DNA of 64,000 nt from a virus. Position 1 is the first letter of the stretch, and every line of letters begins with the position of its first letter. The stretch lies in IMG/VR virus record IMGVR_UViG_2915903177_000003, positions 6,315 to 70,314 of that record; one strand, written 5' to 3'. The position numbers and the translations under genes were made by a program. Below, piece after piece: positions 1 through 8,882 of the stretch. Under the pieces are notes generated by a model, which was not told the DNA's origin, did no database searches, and was given only the letters and a program-made list of their open reading frames with translations.

Positions 1-2489
1 GACGTGCAGCCGACAGCCACCTTGCCGGGTATCTTCCGTACCAGCCTTTCGATGTACCTTGTCTTGTTCGGAATCCCGTCTCCGGAATAGCCCTCTATCA
101 GGTGTGGGACGGAGCAGGCCTTGATGAGCAGCTTGATCTGGCGCATAAGCCGGAGTCCGGCATCCTTCTTTGCATCCCCCGTGCTGTTGTAATACAGTTC
201 GCAGATGCGGCAGAACTCCTCGATGATGACACGGTAAACCTCACGCTCGCCGTCGGACGGGCTGACGGTATGTGTCCGTATCTTGTATTTCTCTCCTGCA
301 AAGTCCCTGAACTTGCGTGTAATGACGGTCTTCCCGATAAGGCCGGCCAGCTCCTCCTTGTTATAGACATCCTGGTTCTGTTTCTCAATGCCGAACACGG
401 TGGATTTCCCCGGACAGTGGCAGGCACGGAAAAGCACATGCCCCCTGAAAGCGGGGAACGGCTCACCATAGTGCGGATTGTTATCTTCCTCTATCTCCTT
501 GTCCCTGCTCTCGTGGTACACTCGACTGCTCCAACAGACCATGTTTATGGAATTGTTATACAACAATTCAAACTGGCTGTACAGTTCGGCGATGTTGTTG
601 CGTGTGGTCGTACCGGTGTCGAGTATCTTGTATTTGAGGCGGCGGAAGAGACCGAGGATATGCCTTGTACGTTGTGACGACGGGTTGGTTATCTCGTCCG
701 ACTCGTCGAAAACAAGGCACAGTTTTCTTGAACTGCGTTTGACAAACCTTGCCATGCCCCGTTTCAGCTTGCCGAGCATGGAGGTGGATAGGACGAGGAA
801 CACGCCTTCCGGCACAGTTTCCAGGTCGGCATTCTTCCTTGCCACCCGGAACTGTTCCCTGTTTATCGAGAGGAAGGGTATCCATGTCATATTGGTGGCG
901 ATGGCAGGAGCCAGTATGATGACATTCCGTACTTTGCGGAATTTGAGCAGGTATTTGGCACGATGGTACACGGCGGCTGTCTTGCCCGAGCCTTGCTGCC
1001 AGTTCAGCAACGCGTGGCGTTTCTGCAAGACGAGGTTCAGGTCGTGTTTCTGGAGCGTGGTAAACTCGCAGGTCTCGCCGTCCTTGTTGATGAATGCACA
1101 CCGGTCCAGGTATTCTTTCAGCCTGTCATCTTCCTCCATTTCCGGGAACTGCCGGTTCTGCATTTCATATTCTCTCCGTTTGCGTCGTATCAGTTTCTCC
1201 GCCGCACGGATTTGATGCATGTTCTTTTCTGTCGGCACTTCCGGTATGGGCAGTTCGGCACGCTCCAGCACGAGGTCGTTGATACTCGCCGCCTTGTGCG
1301 GAACTTTGTCAAGGAGTCGCGGAGCATATTGTTTCAGTTTGAAGCCGTATGAGGTCTTCACCAATGCCACTTCCTTGCGAGGTACGGTATTTTGCGAGGT
1401 GATGTACCTGCGGATGACGGCAAGCACTTTCTTCGGGGTCAGCTTGTTCTTCTCCCATTGCTCCACCTGCTCCCGCGTGGCGTTCTCAGGCGGTTTCTGG
1501 TTACGGAACTTCGTGACCAACGCTTCCGCCTTGTCTATATGTTTGTTCAACTTGGCGTGCGCCTTCAGCTCGTACAGGTACTTGGCAAGTTTGTACTCGA
1601 ACAGCTCAAGTTCTTCCTTGTCGATCCGGTTGGTTTCGCGCATCAGGTCGAAACGCAACCGGTGTTTCATCGCCCTTGCCTCGCCGATGCGCTTTTTCAG
1701 CTCGTCCGCCGTTATGAATTCCTCCGCGTTGTAAGCCTGCATCTTGATGTGGCCCGATTTACGGAGAAATACCATGATTTTCGTATTGAAGTCATGGACT
1801 CCGACTGCGGCAAAGGCTGACGGGGCCAACTTCGTCTGACCGACAAATGAGAAATTGCCGTTTATACCGGTTATCCGTGTCTTCTCCCAGAACTCGCTCT
1901 GCATGAAAGAGCATGGCACGATGACCATCAGGATTCCTGCCGGATTAAGCACATCGTAAGCCTTGTCCATATAGTATTCCTGCGACAGTTTGTAGTCGAA
2001 CTTCAAGTTAAAAGGAGGATTGCCGATGATAACATCGAAACGTTGTTCCGGATAGTATTGCCGGATGTCGCATTTCTCGATATGGGCTTCCGGGTAGAGG
2101 TATCGTGCGACAGACACGGCCTTGCCGTCTATGTCGAAGCCGTAGGCATTATGCGGGTTGGGCAGATGGTTGAAGAAATTGCCCATACCGCAACACATGT
2201 CAAGAACCATTTCGGATGAGACAGGACACAGCATATCCACCATGTCCCGGCATATTTCATGCGGGGTGAAGAACTGTCCCATCTCGAACTCCTTCTTCGC
2301 CTGGGCATACTCATGGTAGTTGGCAAAGTCGGACTGTTTGAGGTTGTGCAGCCCTCCGATACCGGTATAGCAGTTGTAGATGCTCTCCGCCGGAATGAGG
2401 TCCTTGCCGGAGTCTATGGCGAAAAGTATCTTCTCGTTGACTTCGGCACGCATACCTTGCGGTATCTGTTGGGGGATGATGGCATACAT
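1..2489 (-). CDS. N6-adenine DNA methyltransferase fused to SF2/SNF2-like helicase (DarB-like architecture); C-terminus runs off window start
   Basis: Not in the ORF track. Translated by hand from ATG at 2489 (MYAIIPQQIPQG...). Motifs GQFFTP, VLDMCCGMGNF, IIGNPPF, then Walker A WQQGSGKT, LVFDESD and LDTGTTTRN. Confidence 0.88.
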   Translation of the reverse strand, partial: MYAIIPQQIPQGMRAEVNEKILFAIDSGKDLIPAESIYNCYTGIGGLHNLKQSDFANYHEYAQAKKEFEMGQFFTPHEICRDMVDMLCPVSSEMVLDMCCGMGNFFNHLPNPHNAYGFDIDGKAVSVARYLYPEAHIEKCDIRQYYPEQRFDVIIGNPPFNLKFDYKLSQEYYMDKAYDVLNPAGILMVIVPCSFMQSEFWEKTRITGINGNFSFVGQTKLAPSAFAAVGVHDFNTKIMVFLRKSGHIKMQAYNAEEFITADELKKRIGEARAMKHRLRFDLMRETNRIDKEELELFEYKLAKYLYELKAHAKLNKHIDKAEALVTKFRNQKPPENATREQVEQWEKNKLTPKKVLAVIRRYITSQNTVPRKEVALVKTSYGFKLKQYAPRLLDKVPHKAASINDLVLERAELPIPEVPTEKNMHQIRAAEKLIRRKRREYEMQNRQFPEMEEDDRLKEYLDRCAFINKDGETCEFTTLQKHDLNLVLQKRHALLNWQQGSGKTAAVYHRAKYLLKFRKVRNVIILAPAIATNMTWIPFLSINREQFRVARKNADLETVPEGVFLVLSTSMLGKLKRGMARFVKRSSRKLCLVFDESDEITNPSSQRTRHILGLFRRLKYKILDTGTTTRNNIAELYSQFELLYNNSINMVCWSSRVYHESRDKEIEEDNNPHYGEPFPAFRGHVLFRACHCPGKSTVFGIEKQNQDVYNKEELAGLIGKTVITRKFRDFAGEKYKIRTHTVSPSDGEREVYRVIIEEFCRICELYYNSTGDAKKDAGLRLMRQIKLLIKACSVPHLIEGYSGDGIPNKTRYIERLVRKIPGKVAVGCT

Positions 2490-2520
2490 GACTTTATCTG
2501 TTTATCGTTAAAAATGAAAA

Positions 2521-2548
2521 CACCCCGCAAGGATTGCCTTACGGGGTG
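2521..2548. terminator. Intergenic stem-loop (possible terminator/processing site)
   Basis: CACCCCGcAAGG-attg-CCTTaCGGGGTG inverted repeat between two minus-strand genes. Confidence 0.5.
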
Positions 2549-2568
2549 CTGTGTAAATCTTATCATGG

Positions 2569-3510
2569 TCAGTTTTCTCTTAGGGTGATTTCATCCAGAT
2601 GCAGACGCTTGAAACAACTTTCGGCTGCCGCACTGTCCTTGAACCGGACATCGATACGTCCGTTCTTGTAGAATCGGATTTGCTCGGCATTGGTGGTCGT
2701 AAGGTCGTACCAGTCTGTGACAGAAATGTCGTTGTCATCAAAACGGATAATCATCTTTGAATTTCCATTCAGTATGTCATCCGCACCGTAGGCAATGCCG
2801 GCACACAGGGTTTCCAGTTCTCCGCCGTAGTTGTAGGAGATTCTGTTCCTTTGGTTGTATTGCATGGAAAAATCGTCGAAACGGATGATTTCGGGAAAGA
2901 TTATCTTGTCCTTCTTCAACTCCGTCTTGACTTTGCTCCAGTATGCCGGTCTGACAACTTTGTTCAGGCGTGCGAGCAGTTCTTCCACGGCCGTTTCCCG
3001 GAAACTCTTGCCGCCCAAGTGTTCGATGACTACATCTACATATGTGTCATAAACAGGACGGAAGCCCATCGGAAGGGTTTTTTCGTCTATTTTATACTCA
3101 GGAACCGACACTTTGTAAGTCCTGTTGAAATAAGAAATGATGCGGTTCGCAAAATTCGCGTTGGCGTTTCGGTTCTTATCTACCAGATCGTTAATCAGAT
3201 CAAACGGTTTGAACTCGTTGTGTGAATAGTCTTCCCTGTCGTTATGGTAAGTGTAGAAATCACGCATGGAAACCTTGCCGTTTTCTTCGTAATGGGACTT
3301 ACGTTCGGCTTGGTATTGTTCGGCTTCTTCCTTGAAGACGGCGTACCAGCGGTCAATCTGGTCGAGTGTCTTGTAAAGCAGGTTTTGCTGCGTCTGGCAA
3401 TAGACACGGTCCTGTTCCGTAATCTTGTCCTCGTTTCTCACTTGTACGCTCAGAATGCCTTGAAGCAGGTCGGGAGCGTTGCCGGCCTTGGGTGCTGTTG
3501 TCGTTTGCAT
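2569..3510 (-). CDS. Hypothetical protein (DUF4942-like C-terminus)
   Basis: 313-aa ORF. C-terminal IRFYKNGRIDVRF resembles DUF4942-type proteins found beside mobile-element methylases. Confidence 0.6.
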   Translation of the reverse strand: MQTTTAPKAGNAPDLLQGILSVQVRNEDKITEQDRVYCQTQQNLLYKTLDQIDRWYAVFKEEAEQYQAERKSHYEENGKVSMRDFYTYHNDREDYSHNEFKPFDLINDLVDKNRNANANFANRIISYFNRTYKVSVPEYKIDEKTLPMGFRPVYDTYVDVVIEHLGGKSFRETAVEELLARLNKVVRPAYWSKVKTELKKDKIIFPEIIRFDDFSMQYNQRNRISYNYGGELETLCAGIAYGADDILNGNSKMIIRFDDNDISVTDWYDLTTTNAEQIRFYKNGRIDVRFKDSAAAESCFKRLHLDEITLREN

Positions 3511-3528
3511 ATCTGTTAGGGTTAAATG

Positions 3529-4356
3529 TTAAAAATTATCCGGTTTAATCCGGTAGAAATAAGTGATGTGCTTTTCCATGTCCTTGACTATCTTGACCTG
3601 CTCGGGATGGAAGTTGAGCCTCCGTTCTTCGGCAGGGGCATCAACCTTCTCCCATTCGGCGGATGGCAGGAACACATATTCCCGACGGAAACACCATAAC
3701 ACGATTTGATTATCCCAATTTCCCTTGAACACCGTTCCTTCGTAGTCCTTCAGGAACTGCCGGAACTCGGCTTCGTCCCGGAAAGCGATGTCAAAGCCTT
3801 GATAGAGATTGCCGTTTTCCGATTCCTCCCTTTTGTGTAGGTAGAACTTCCGGTAGGTCTCGGTCGTGAAATCTCCATACCTGGGATTGGGTTCGGCATA
3901 AAACCATAACGGTACCTTAGCCAGAAATGACACCGAACCGTTGGCGCAAGCACCGCAATGCCCCCATTCCTTGAATACCCCTTCCGTCCATTTCAGGAAT
4001 TTCAGTTCCTCCGGATTCACGGAATGGAATGCGCCTCCGCTGACACTCAGACGAATATTGCCGTCCTCTTCCCACACGAAAGGCACATACGGCTGTTCGC
4101 ATACGGAAAGATATCCTTCTTTTGCACTCCTGCTGTCAATAAGGGCGTTTCCGTAATAATCCCCGTGTTCGGTTACATATACCAGCCTGTCTCCAATTTG
4201 AGGTGTAATTTCGGAGCGTGTCCGCTCAATGAGTTCAACATAACTGTTGGCCATATCCACATCTTTCTGTGTCAGCCAATGCTGGTGGTCGTATGAAACA
4301 TTCCGCTCTCTGAGTGTTTCGATACTGTACTTTTCTTTTGTTACCTGCTGTGACAT
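3529..4356 (-). CDS. DUF4121-like hypothetical protein of Bacteroidales mobile elements
   Basis: 275-aa ORF with PQIGD, SVSGGAF and FKEWGHCGACANG motifs. Confidence 0.65.
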   Translation of the reverse strand: MSQQVTKEKYSIETLRERNVSYDHQHWLTQKDVDMANSYVELIERTRSEITPQIGDRLVYVTEHGDYYGNALIDSRSAKEGYLSVCEQPYVPFVWEEDGNIRLSVSGGAFHSVNPEELKFLKWTEGVFKEWGHCGACANGSVSFLAKVPLWFYAEPNPRYGDFTTETYRKFYLHKREESENGNLYQGFDIAFRDEAEFRQFLKDYEGTVFKGNWDNQIVLWCFRREYVFLPSAEWEKVDAPAEERRLNFHPEQVKIVKDMEKHITYFYRIKPDNF

Positions 4357-4389
4357 AACAATTTATTTTTAGTGATCCGGCTTTTCGGG

Positions 4390-4568
4390 GCCGGAGTTCC
4401 CGTAACTACAGGCCATAAAAGGTCGTGTCCCGTACATGCAAGGTTGGCGGGAAAAATACCGCAAGCCCTCCGGGCGAGGATGATTTTTCCACGACACCCG
4501 GAGGGCTTGACCTTGCTTGTACGAACAGGACACGGGTTACCTTTGCCTGTGAGTTACGGGGATTCGGC
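4390..4568. promoter_or_regulatory. Long nested inverted repeat; candidate single-strand (ssi/Frpo-like) promoter or origin
   Basis: Paired arms CCCGTAACTACAGG/CCTGTgAGTTACGGG, GTGTCC/GGACAC, CGTACATGCAAGGT/ACCTTGCtTGTACG and CAAGCCCTCCGGG/CCCGGAGGGCTTG, directly upstream of the minus-strand operon. Confidence 0.55.
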
Positions 4569-5259
4569 TACGGTATGGCTGTCATGTCCGCTGTATATGT
4601 TTCTTGAAATGACCGTGATATTTTATGCCCGAAAATTACCGGCAATCACGAAAAAATGCTACCTTTGCATCAAGAAAAAAGAGTTATTTGAAAGCATGAG
4701 GAATATAGTGATTCTAAACAGCTTGGAATTTTCTTATCCGTTGCCCGTTCTTATGCGAGTTTTCTACAAAGCGTTGATAATCAAATAAGATACTTCAGAT
4801 TACAACAAATATAAAAAAACTTCCCGAATCCTGTCTTTTTCAACCCGTGTATTTTGGATTATTTAGCCTTTCACAAGACATAACCGTCTTTCAGCCTTTC
4901 GACATTCATCCGTTCGGGATAACCGGTCGGCATTGGCCCCGTTCATTGTCTGCTGTCTCCACCCGAACAATCCTTCCCGACGGGTCCGGTTTCCGGAGGA
5001 CGGTGCATCGGACGATGACGGAAGAAACGGGTAACGGTTGTTTTCTCTTTTAGTGTTTCTATTCGTTGTTCTGGAAGGAAGGTATCCTGTGTTATATTGT
5101 CCCGGTAACATCTGCATCTCTTCCCTTAAAACAGAAAATTTTCCCGGACGGCGCACGCCGTCTGCACTGTATGGTTTCTTTTTTGGTATCTTTTTTCTTT
5201 GCTTCAAAGAAAAAAGTACATCTTCTTTTCTTGTTATATTATACTATATCTTGTACTCA

Positions 5260-5308
5260 TTGTACTTTCGTACAACCTTCCGCTCAGGATATTTGTACGA
5301 AAGTACAA
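5260..5308. repeat. Perfect 16-bp inverted repeat in an AT-rich tract
   Basis: TTGTACTTTCGTACAA (5260-5275) and TTGTACGAAAGTACAA (5293-5308), 17-bp spacer, with more GTAC cores nearby. Confidence 0.85.
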
Positions 5309-5387
5309 GTTATTCGTACATTTGAACAACACCCATTTCCGCCACCTGTTTTTTTCGTGATTCCGGGACTGAAACGGCAAAGTACAA

Positions 5388-5415
5388 AAAAAACGCCGAA
5401 GACTCGGCGTTTTTT
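5388..5415 (-). terminator. Intrinsic terminator (probably bidirectional)
   Basis: AAAAAACGCCGA-agac-TCGGCGTTTTTT just downstream of the 5442-5879 gene. Confidence 0.75.
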
Positions 5416-5441
5416 ATACGGACAAAAATCATCTCACGTCT

Positions 5442-5879
5442 TTATCGCTTCCCGGAGGTCGGGAAGACGGTCCTCTTCAATGTCCGCACTTCATTGTCGG
5501 TTACGGAGGCCACTTCCCTGCCTTCGGTCCCGAATACCCTGTCACAGAACTCCCGCAGTACCGTGTAGCTCGTGGTGGAGGAGATGATCTCGACCAGCCT
5601 GCCGTATGCCGTCCGGTTCCACACGTAGTCGTAGCGGCCGTCCACGGGAATTCTTTCCAGCAGTCCCATGCGGACAGTCTTGCGGACACATCGCTCGAAA
5701 GCGCGCCGTCCCATTCCGGTAACACCCAGATGTACATTCAGACCGAAGGTGATGTCCGCTCCCGACATCCTGAGCCGGTCAAGGTCGGCCATATAGGCCA
5801 TGAAGACAGCCTCGCATGGGCCGAAGCCCATGACAAGGCCCTTGTAGACCTGATAAAAATAAGCCTGTACTTTTTTCAT
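5442..5879 (-). CDS. Hypothetical protein, possible winged-helix DNA-binding protein
   Basis: 145-aa ORF. HTH-like segment TGMGRRAFERCVRKTVRMGLLERI. 4-bp overlap with the upstream gene. Confidence 0.6.
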   Translation of the reverse strand: MKKVQAYFYQVYKGLVMGFGPCEAVFMAYMADLDRLRMSGADITFGLNVHLGVTGMGRRAFERCVRKTVRMGLLERIPVDGRYDYVWNRTAYGRLVEIISSTTSYTVLREFCDRVFGTEGREVASVTDNEVRTLKRTVFPTSGKR

Positions 5880-6109
5880 TGTTTCTCCTTTGAATTTTGT
5901 TTAACCTCTTCCGTCTCTTCCCGTATTGCCTCGTTGAGATAGCAATGCCGGATTTTCCGGTTGATCATCGGCTTGTAGACGGTGTATCCCAGTTTTTTGG
6001 CATAGCGGCCCACGGTAACCCTGTTTGCCACCTTGCCCGTGTTTTCGATAAGATGCGTCGCCATCTCGTCGAATGTCATTCTTTTTTTTAACTTCATACT
6101 GCTTGTCAA
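5876..6109 (-). CDS. Small basic hypothetical protein
   Basis: 77-aa ORF coupled to the 5442-5879 gene. Confidence 0.55.
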   Translation of the reverse strand: MTSSMKLKKRMTFDEMATHLIENTGKVANRVTVGRYAKKLGYTVYKPMINRKIRHCYLNEAIREETEEVKQNSKEKQ

Positions 6110-6255
6110 ATGGTTCTTTGGATAAGGTTAGCACCAACCGGTACGAATTGTTTGCAACCAGTATGAATTAACATTAAAAAAAGAACCGGACGGCAAATGC
6201 CCTTTGAGGAACTAACGGGTTGATACTGTCTTGCATCCGCCCTCCGGGTTCTTTC

Positions 6256-6693
6256 CTATTCGGTCATCAGGCGGATAATCTCCCCGATGACCGCGTCATT
6301 CCTTTCGTCCAGCCACTCCCCGGCGACATTCCACGGGAGTGAGGAGCCGAACTTCAGGTTCTCCATTGTGATGGTATGGTACGAGAGCCTGCCCTCGGTC
6401 GGTTTCAATCCGGCGTCGTGCAATTCGCACAGCCCGTTCCGGAAGAAGGTGCAATGACCGTCCACCTGCCGGGCCTGCACCATCGGCACCGCGTAAGGAA
6501 GATATCCCAGGACCAGCCCCACGCCCCACAAGGTGGGCGCAAGCCGTTCCCTGTATCCGGCTTCCAGCAGGCGCAGGATATCCTCCGGCGTGCCGAGGCA
6601 CGGTGTTCGGCACTGCGCCCGGCACAGGGGGCACCGGCACTCCACGGGCTTGCGTCCCGTTTTCCTGATAATGCGTTGCAAGGCCGTTTCCAT
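6256..6693 (-). CDS. Cys-cluster protein (YkgJ/zinc-iron-chelating-like)
   Basis: Start reassigned to ATG 6693 (METALQR...). CRCPLCRAQC...HCTFFRNGLCELH...KP pattern. Confidence 0.65.
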   Translation of the reverse strand: METALQRIIRKTGRKPVECRCPLCRAQCRTPCLGTPEDILRLLEAGYRERLAPTLWGVGLVLGYLPYAVPMVQARQVDGHCTFFRNGLCELHDAGLKPTEGRLSYHTITMENLKFGSSLPWNVAGEWLDERNDAVIGEIIRLMTE

Positions 6694-6695
6694 GA

Positions 6696-7820
6696 TCAAC
6701 GGTATTCGGGGTGTTTCTTCCACCACAGTTCGATGATGCACTCGCGTCCGGCCGGCGTCCAGCGTTTGCGGGAGCCGAAGGTGAAGACCTCGCCCCGGTC
6801 GTTTTTCCACGTGTAGGGCACGTCGCATTGCCAGGAACGGTACGCCGGCAGCACGACCCACTGCTGCTTGCTGTACATGCATATACCCTCCTCGTGAAGG
6901 AACCGGTGCAGGTCTCGCGACGAGGTGTTGAGCTCGTCGGCGATGCGGGTGCTCTTGAACCACTCGCGTCTTTCCACGAACTCGTCGTAGAAAGCCGCCT
7001 TGGGCAGGAATTCCCGCACGGCCTTGCGCAGTTCGCCGATCAGGGAGAGTGCCCCCGCCATGTCTTCCGGGACGGGATGGTTCAGGCACGGCGGCTCGAC
7101 GGCTTCCGCCGGATACTGTACAGTCTTGCGGAGCACCCGGCCCGCCGTCAGCATCCCGATCTTCTCCACGCACCATTCGGCCAGTCCCGTATCCGGCGCT
7201 ATCCAACGTGCCAGCGGCACGAGCAGCGGCGCTTCTATCCAGGTGGCGCCGTTGCCACGTCCCCGCGTGGTGAAAAGCTGGAACTCGTAACGGTCCGTCT
7301 GTCCGGTGCGGGCCAGCTCGCGCCGCAGGTGGTCGGTGGCCGCGATGCGGAGCCATTCGGAAGGAATCTTCCCGTAACGCATCGTGATCTGCGTGGCGTT
7401 GACCATCAGCTTGTCGCCGGCCTGCCGGAATGTCACCGGGAAATCCTCCGCGAAGTGACAGACGGTGTCCGCCTGCCGTTGCGGGTGCAGGTTGCCGGCC
7501 TCCAGCTCGAACAGCCGGTTGCCCCACGCTTCCAGGTCGTCGAACAGGTCACGGGGTAAAATACTCTCCTTGCGGACGGACTGCAGGAGCCGCCTCATGT
7601 CCGAGGGGCGGAACGTCCACAGCTCATGACCGCCCTTGCGCAGCGGCATACGGATGGCGGACGGACATATCCGGGCGATGTCGCCCTTTTTAAGCATCTC
7701 TTCACGCTTGAGTATGCCGCACACGTCATCCGCCGATATGTACAGCATCCCGTCATGGTTCCGTAACACGCGTATGGCCGTGTCACGGAACGGAACTTTT
7801 CTGTTTTCTTTCATGATCAT
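6696..7820 (-). CDS. Phage antirepressor (BRO-N + KilA-N + KilA-C/ANT domains)
   Basis: N-terminal FRDTAIRVL...ADDVCGIL, central MVNATQI...GATWI...LARW, C-terminal PKAAFYD...IADEL...WTPAGRECI. Confidence 0.82.
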   Translation of the reverse strand: MIMKENRKVPFRDTAIRVLRNHDGMLYISADDVCGILKREEMLKKGDIARICPSAIRMPLRKGGHELWTFRPSDMRRLLQSVRKESILPRDLFDDLEAWGNRLFELEAGNLHPQRQADTVCHFAEDFPVTFRQAGDKLMVNATQITMRYGKIPSEWLRIAATDHLRRELARTGQTDRYEFQLFTTRGRGNGATWIEAPLLVPLARWIAPDTGLAEWCVEKIGMLTAGRVLRKTVQYPAEAVEPPCLNHPVPEDMAGALSLIGELRKAVREFLPKAAFYDEFVERREWFKSTRIADELNTSSRDLHRFLHEEGICMYSKQQWVVLPAYRSWQCDVPYTWKNDRGEVFTFGSRKRWTPAGRECIIELWWKKHPEYR

Positions 7821-8164
7821 TTCTCTTTTTCGTCGTTATCGTTTTTCTTCCTATGGCGTAACACGCGCTTGTGCGCCATCTGCCGTACCGAATAGTAGGT
7901 ACGCTTCTCCCCGCACAGCGCATCATAGTCCTGCAGCTGCAAGACGCCGAGGTCGTCCATCTCTATCTCGACATCCGGGTGCAGATGCCGGAAATAGAGT
8001 CCGCCGCTGCAGATATACTTGCCCGTACAGCAGAACGAAATTGCCTGTAAGTTACCTTTCGTCAGATCCGCCGCGCTATGAAGCGAGCGAATGATGGCGA
8101 CGAGAACCTGAGCCCCGTTGAAGACAAGTACCGTCTTCGGCCGCTTAAAATTGCTACGTCTCAT
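7817..8164 (-). CDS. Hypothetical protein (NUMOD1-like DNA-binding)
   Basis: 115-aa ORF, SLHSAADLT...ISFCCTGK...GGLYFR, overlaps both neighbours. Confidence 0.6.
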   Translation of the reverse strand: MRRSNFKRPKTVLVFNGAQVLVAIIRSLHSAADLTKGNLQAISFCCTGKYICSGGLYFRHLHPDVEIEMDDLGVLQLQDYDALCGEKRTYYSVRQMAHKRVLRHRKKNDNDEKEK

Positions 8165-8600
8165 AATTCTTAAAAATTAGTGTTAATTCCTCGCGCGTAA
8201 ATCTAAGGCCGGCCGCTTTGGCCAGCCACGTGTCCGAAACAGATAGACCGTCGGTCAGCATCTCCGAGAGGCGTTCGAGCATGTAGGCGCCGAAGGCGGG
8301 TTCGATGTAAACGACGAACAGCAGAGCCAGACTTTCATCAATTAACAGGTGTCCCGATGCTTCATCCCGGACGACAAGGTCTTCCGTGTCTATTCCGTAT
8401 ATTTCCGTGAGCGCCGCGATCCAGTGGTGGAAGGCTGCGCGGAACTCTCGGACGTTGTGCCGCCGCTCGTCACCCCGGCTGCGGATGAAGTGCGTGGCGT
8501 CGAAATAGTACGGTCCGTCGCCGTCCTGCGATGTTCCGAAAAGCAGGTCGGGGAATTCCTTGTACCGGACTTGCCGGCAAGGAACCGTGAGGGTTTTCAT
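8154..8600 (-). CDS. Hypothetical protein, KilA-N-like
   Basis: 148-aa ORF with YFDATHF and LALLF. First gene after the TATATTTG element. Confidence 0.6.
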   Translation of the reverse strand: MKTLTVPCRQVRYKEFPDLLFGTSQDGDGPYYFDATHFIRSRGDERRHNVREFRAAFHHWIAALTEIYGIDTEDLVVRDEASGHLLIDESLALLFVVYIEPAFGAYMLERLSEMLTDGLSVSDTWLAKAAGLRFTREELTLIFKNYET

Positions 8601-8640
8601 TTTCTCTTTTTCATATCGCTAATTTGTTAAAAATTGAATG

Positions 8641-8648
8641 CAAATATA
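8641..8648 (-). promoter_or_regulatory. Bacteroidetes sigma-A -7 element (TATATTTG) for the leftward regulatory operon
   Basis: Matches the TAnnTTTG consensus ~40 bp upstream of ATG 8600. Confidence 0.6.
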
Positions 8649-8834
8649 TATATTCCGACCATAAAGATAGTAATAAAATGGCGTTTATTTTCAGTTTTAG
8701 ACTAAATTATTATCGTTGATAATTAGCAGATTATGGTATTTTTTACACGTAAAATCTGTATATTTTAGAGTAGCCTTTCCGCCTGACACCCAAACAGAAA
8801 AATCCCACCTTTCCATATACTTTTTTCCGGGACA

Positions 8835-8863
8835 AACTTTACCCGGAAAAGACCGCTACTCTT
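8835..8863 (+). promoter_or_regulatory. Putative phage-sigma promoter AAC-N18-CTACTCTT (portal)
   Basis: One of 11 copies of a bipartite motif upstream of phage genes. Confidence 0.65.
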
Positions 8864-8882
8864 CAGGTAAAACCATGGGCAA

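Noticed and set aside
98..2588. Many short ORFs in the track over 1-2.6 kb
   Set aside because: They are shadows of the long minus-strand methylase-helicase frame, which the track missed because it runs off the window.
4772..4786. TTGATAAT-like boxes at about 4774 and 8716 as att or integrase-binding sites
   Set aside because: Too short and AT-rich to distinguish from chance without flanking or comparative data.
5260..5308. Invertible (phase-variable) promoter
   Set aside because: The 17-bp spacer is too short to hold a promoter, and no recombinase was recognised nearby.
6694..7527. N-terminal 278 aa of the 423-aa ORF at 6256-7527
   Set aside because: Overlaps the antirepressor gene in another frame and reads as GC-rich shadow sequence. 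The plausible start is 6693.
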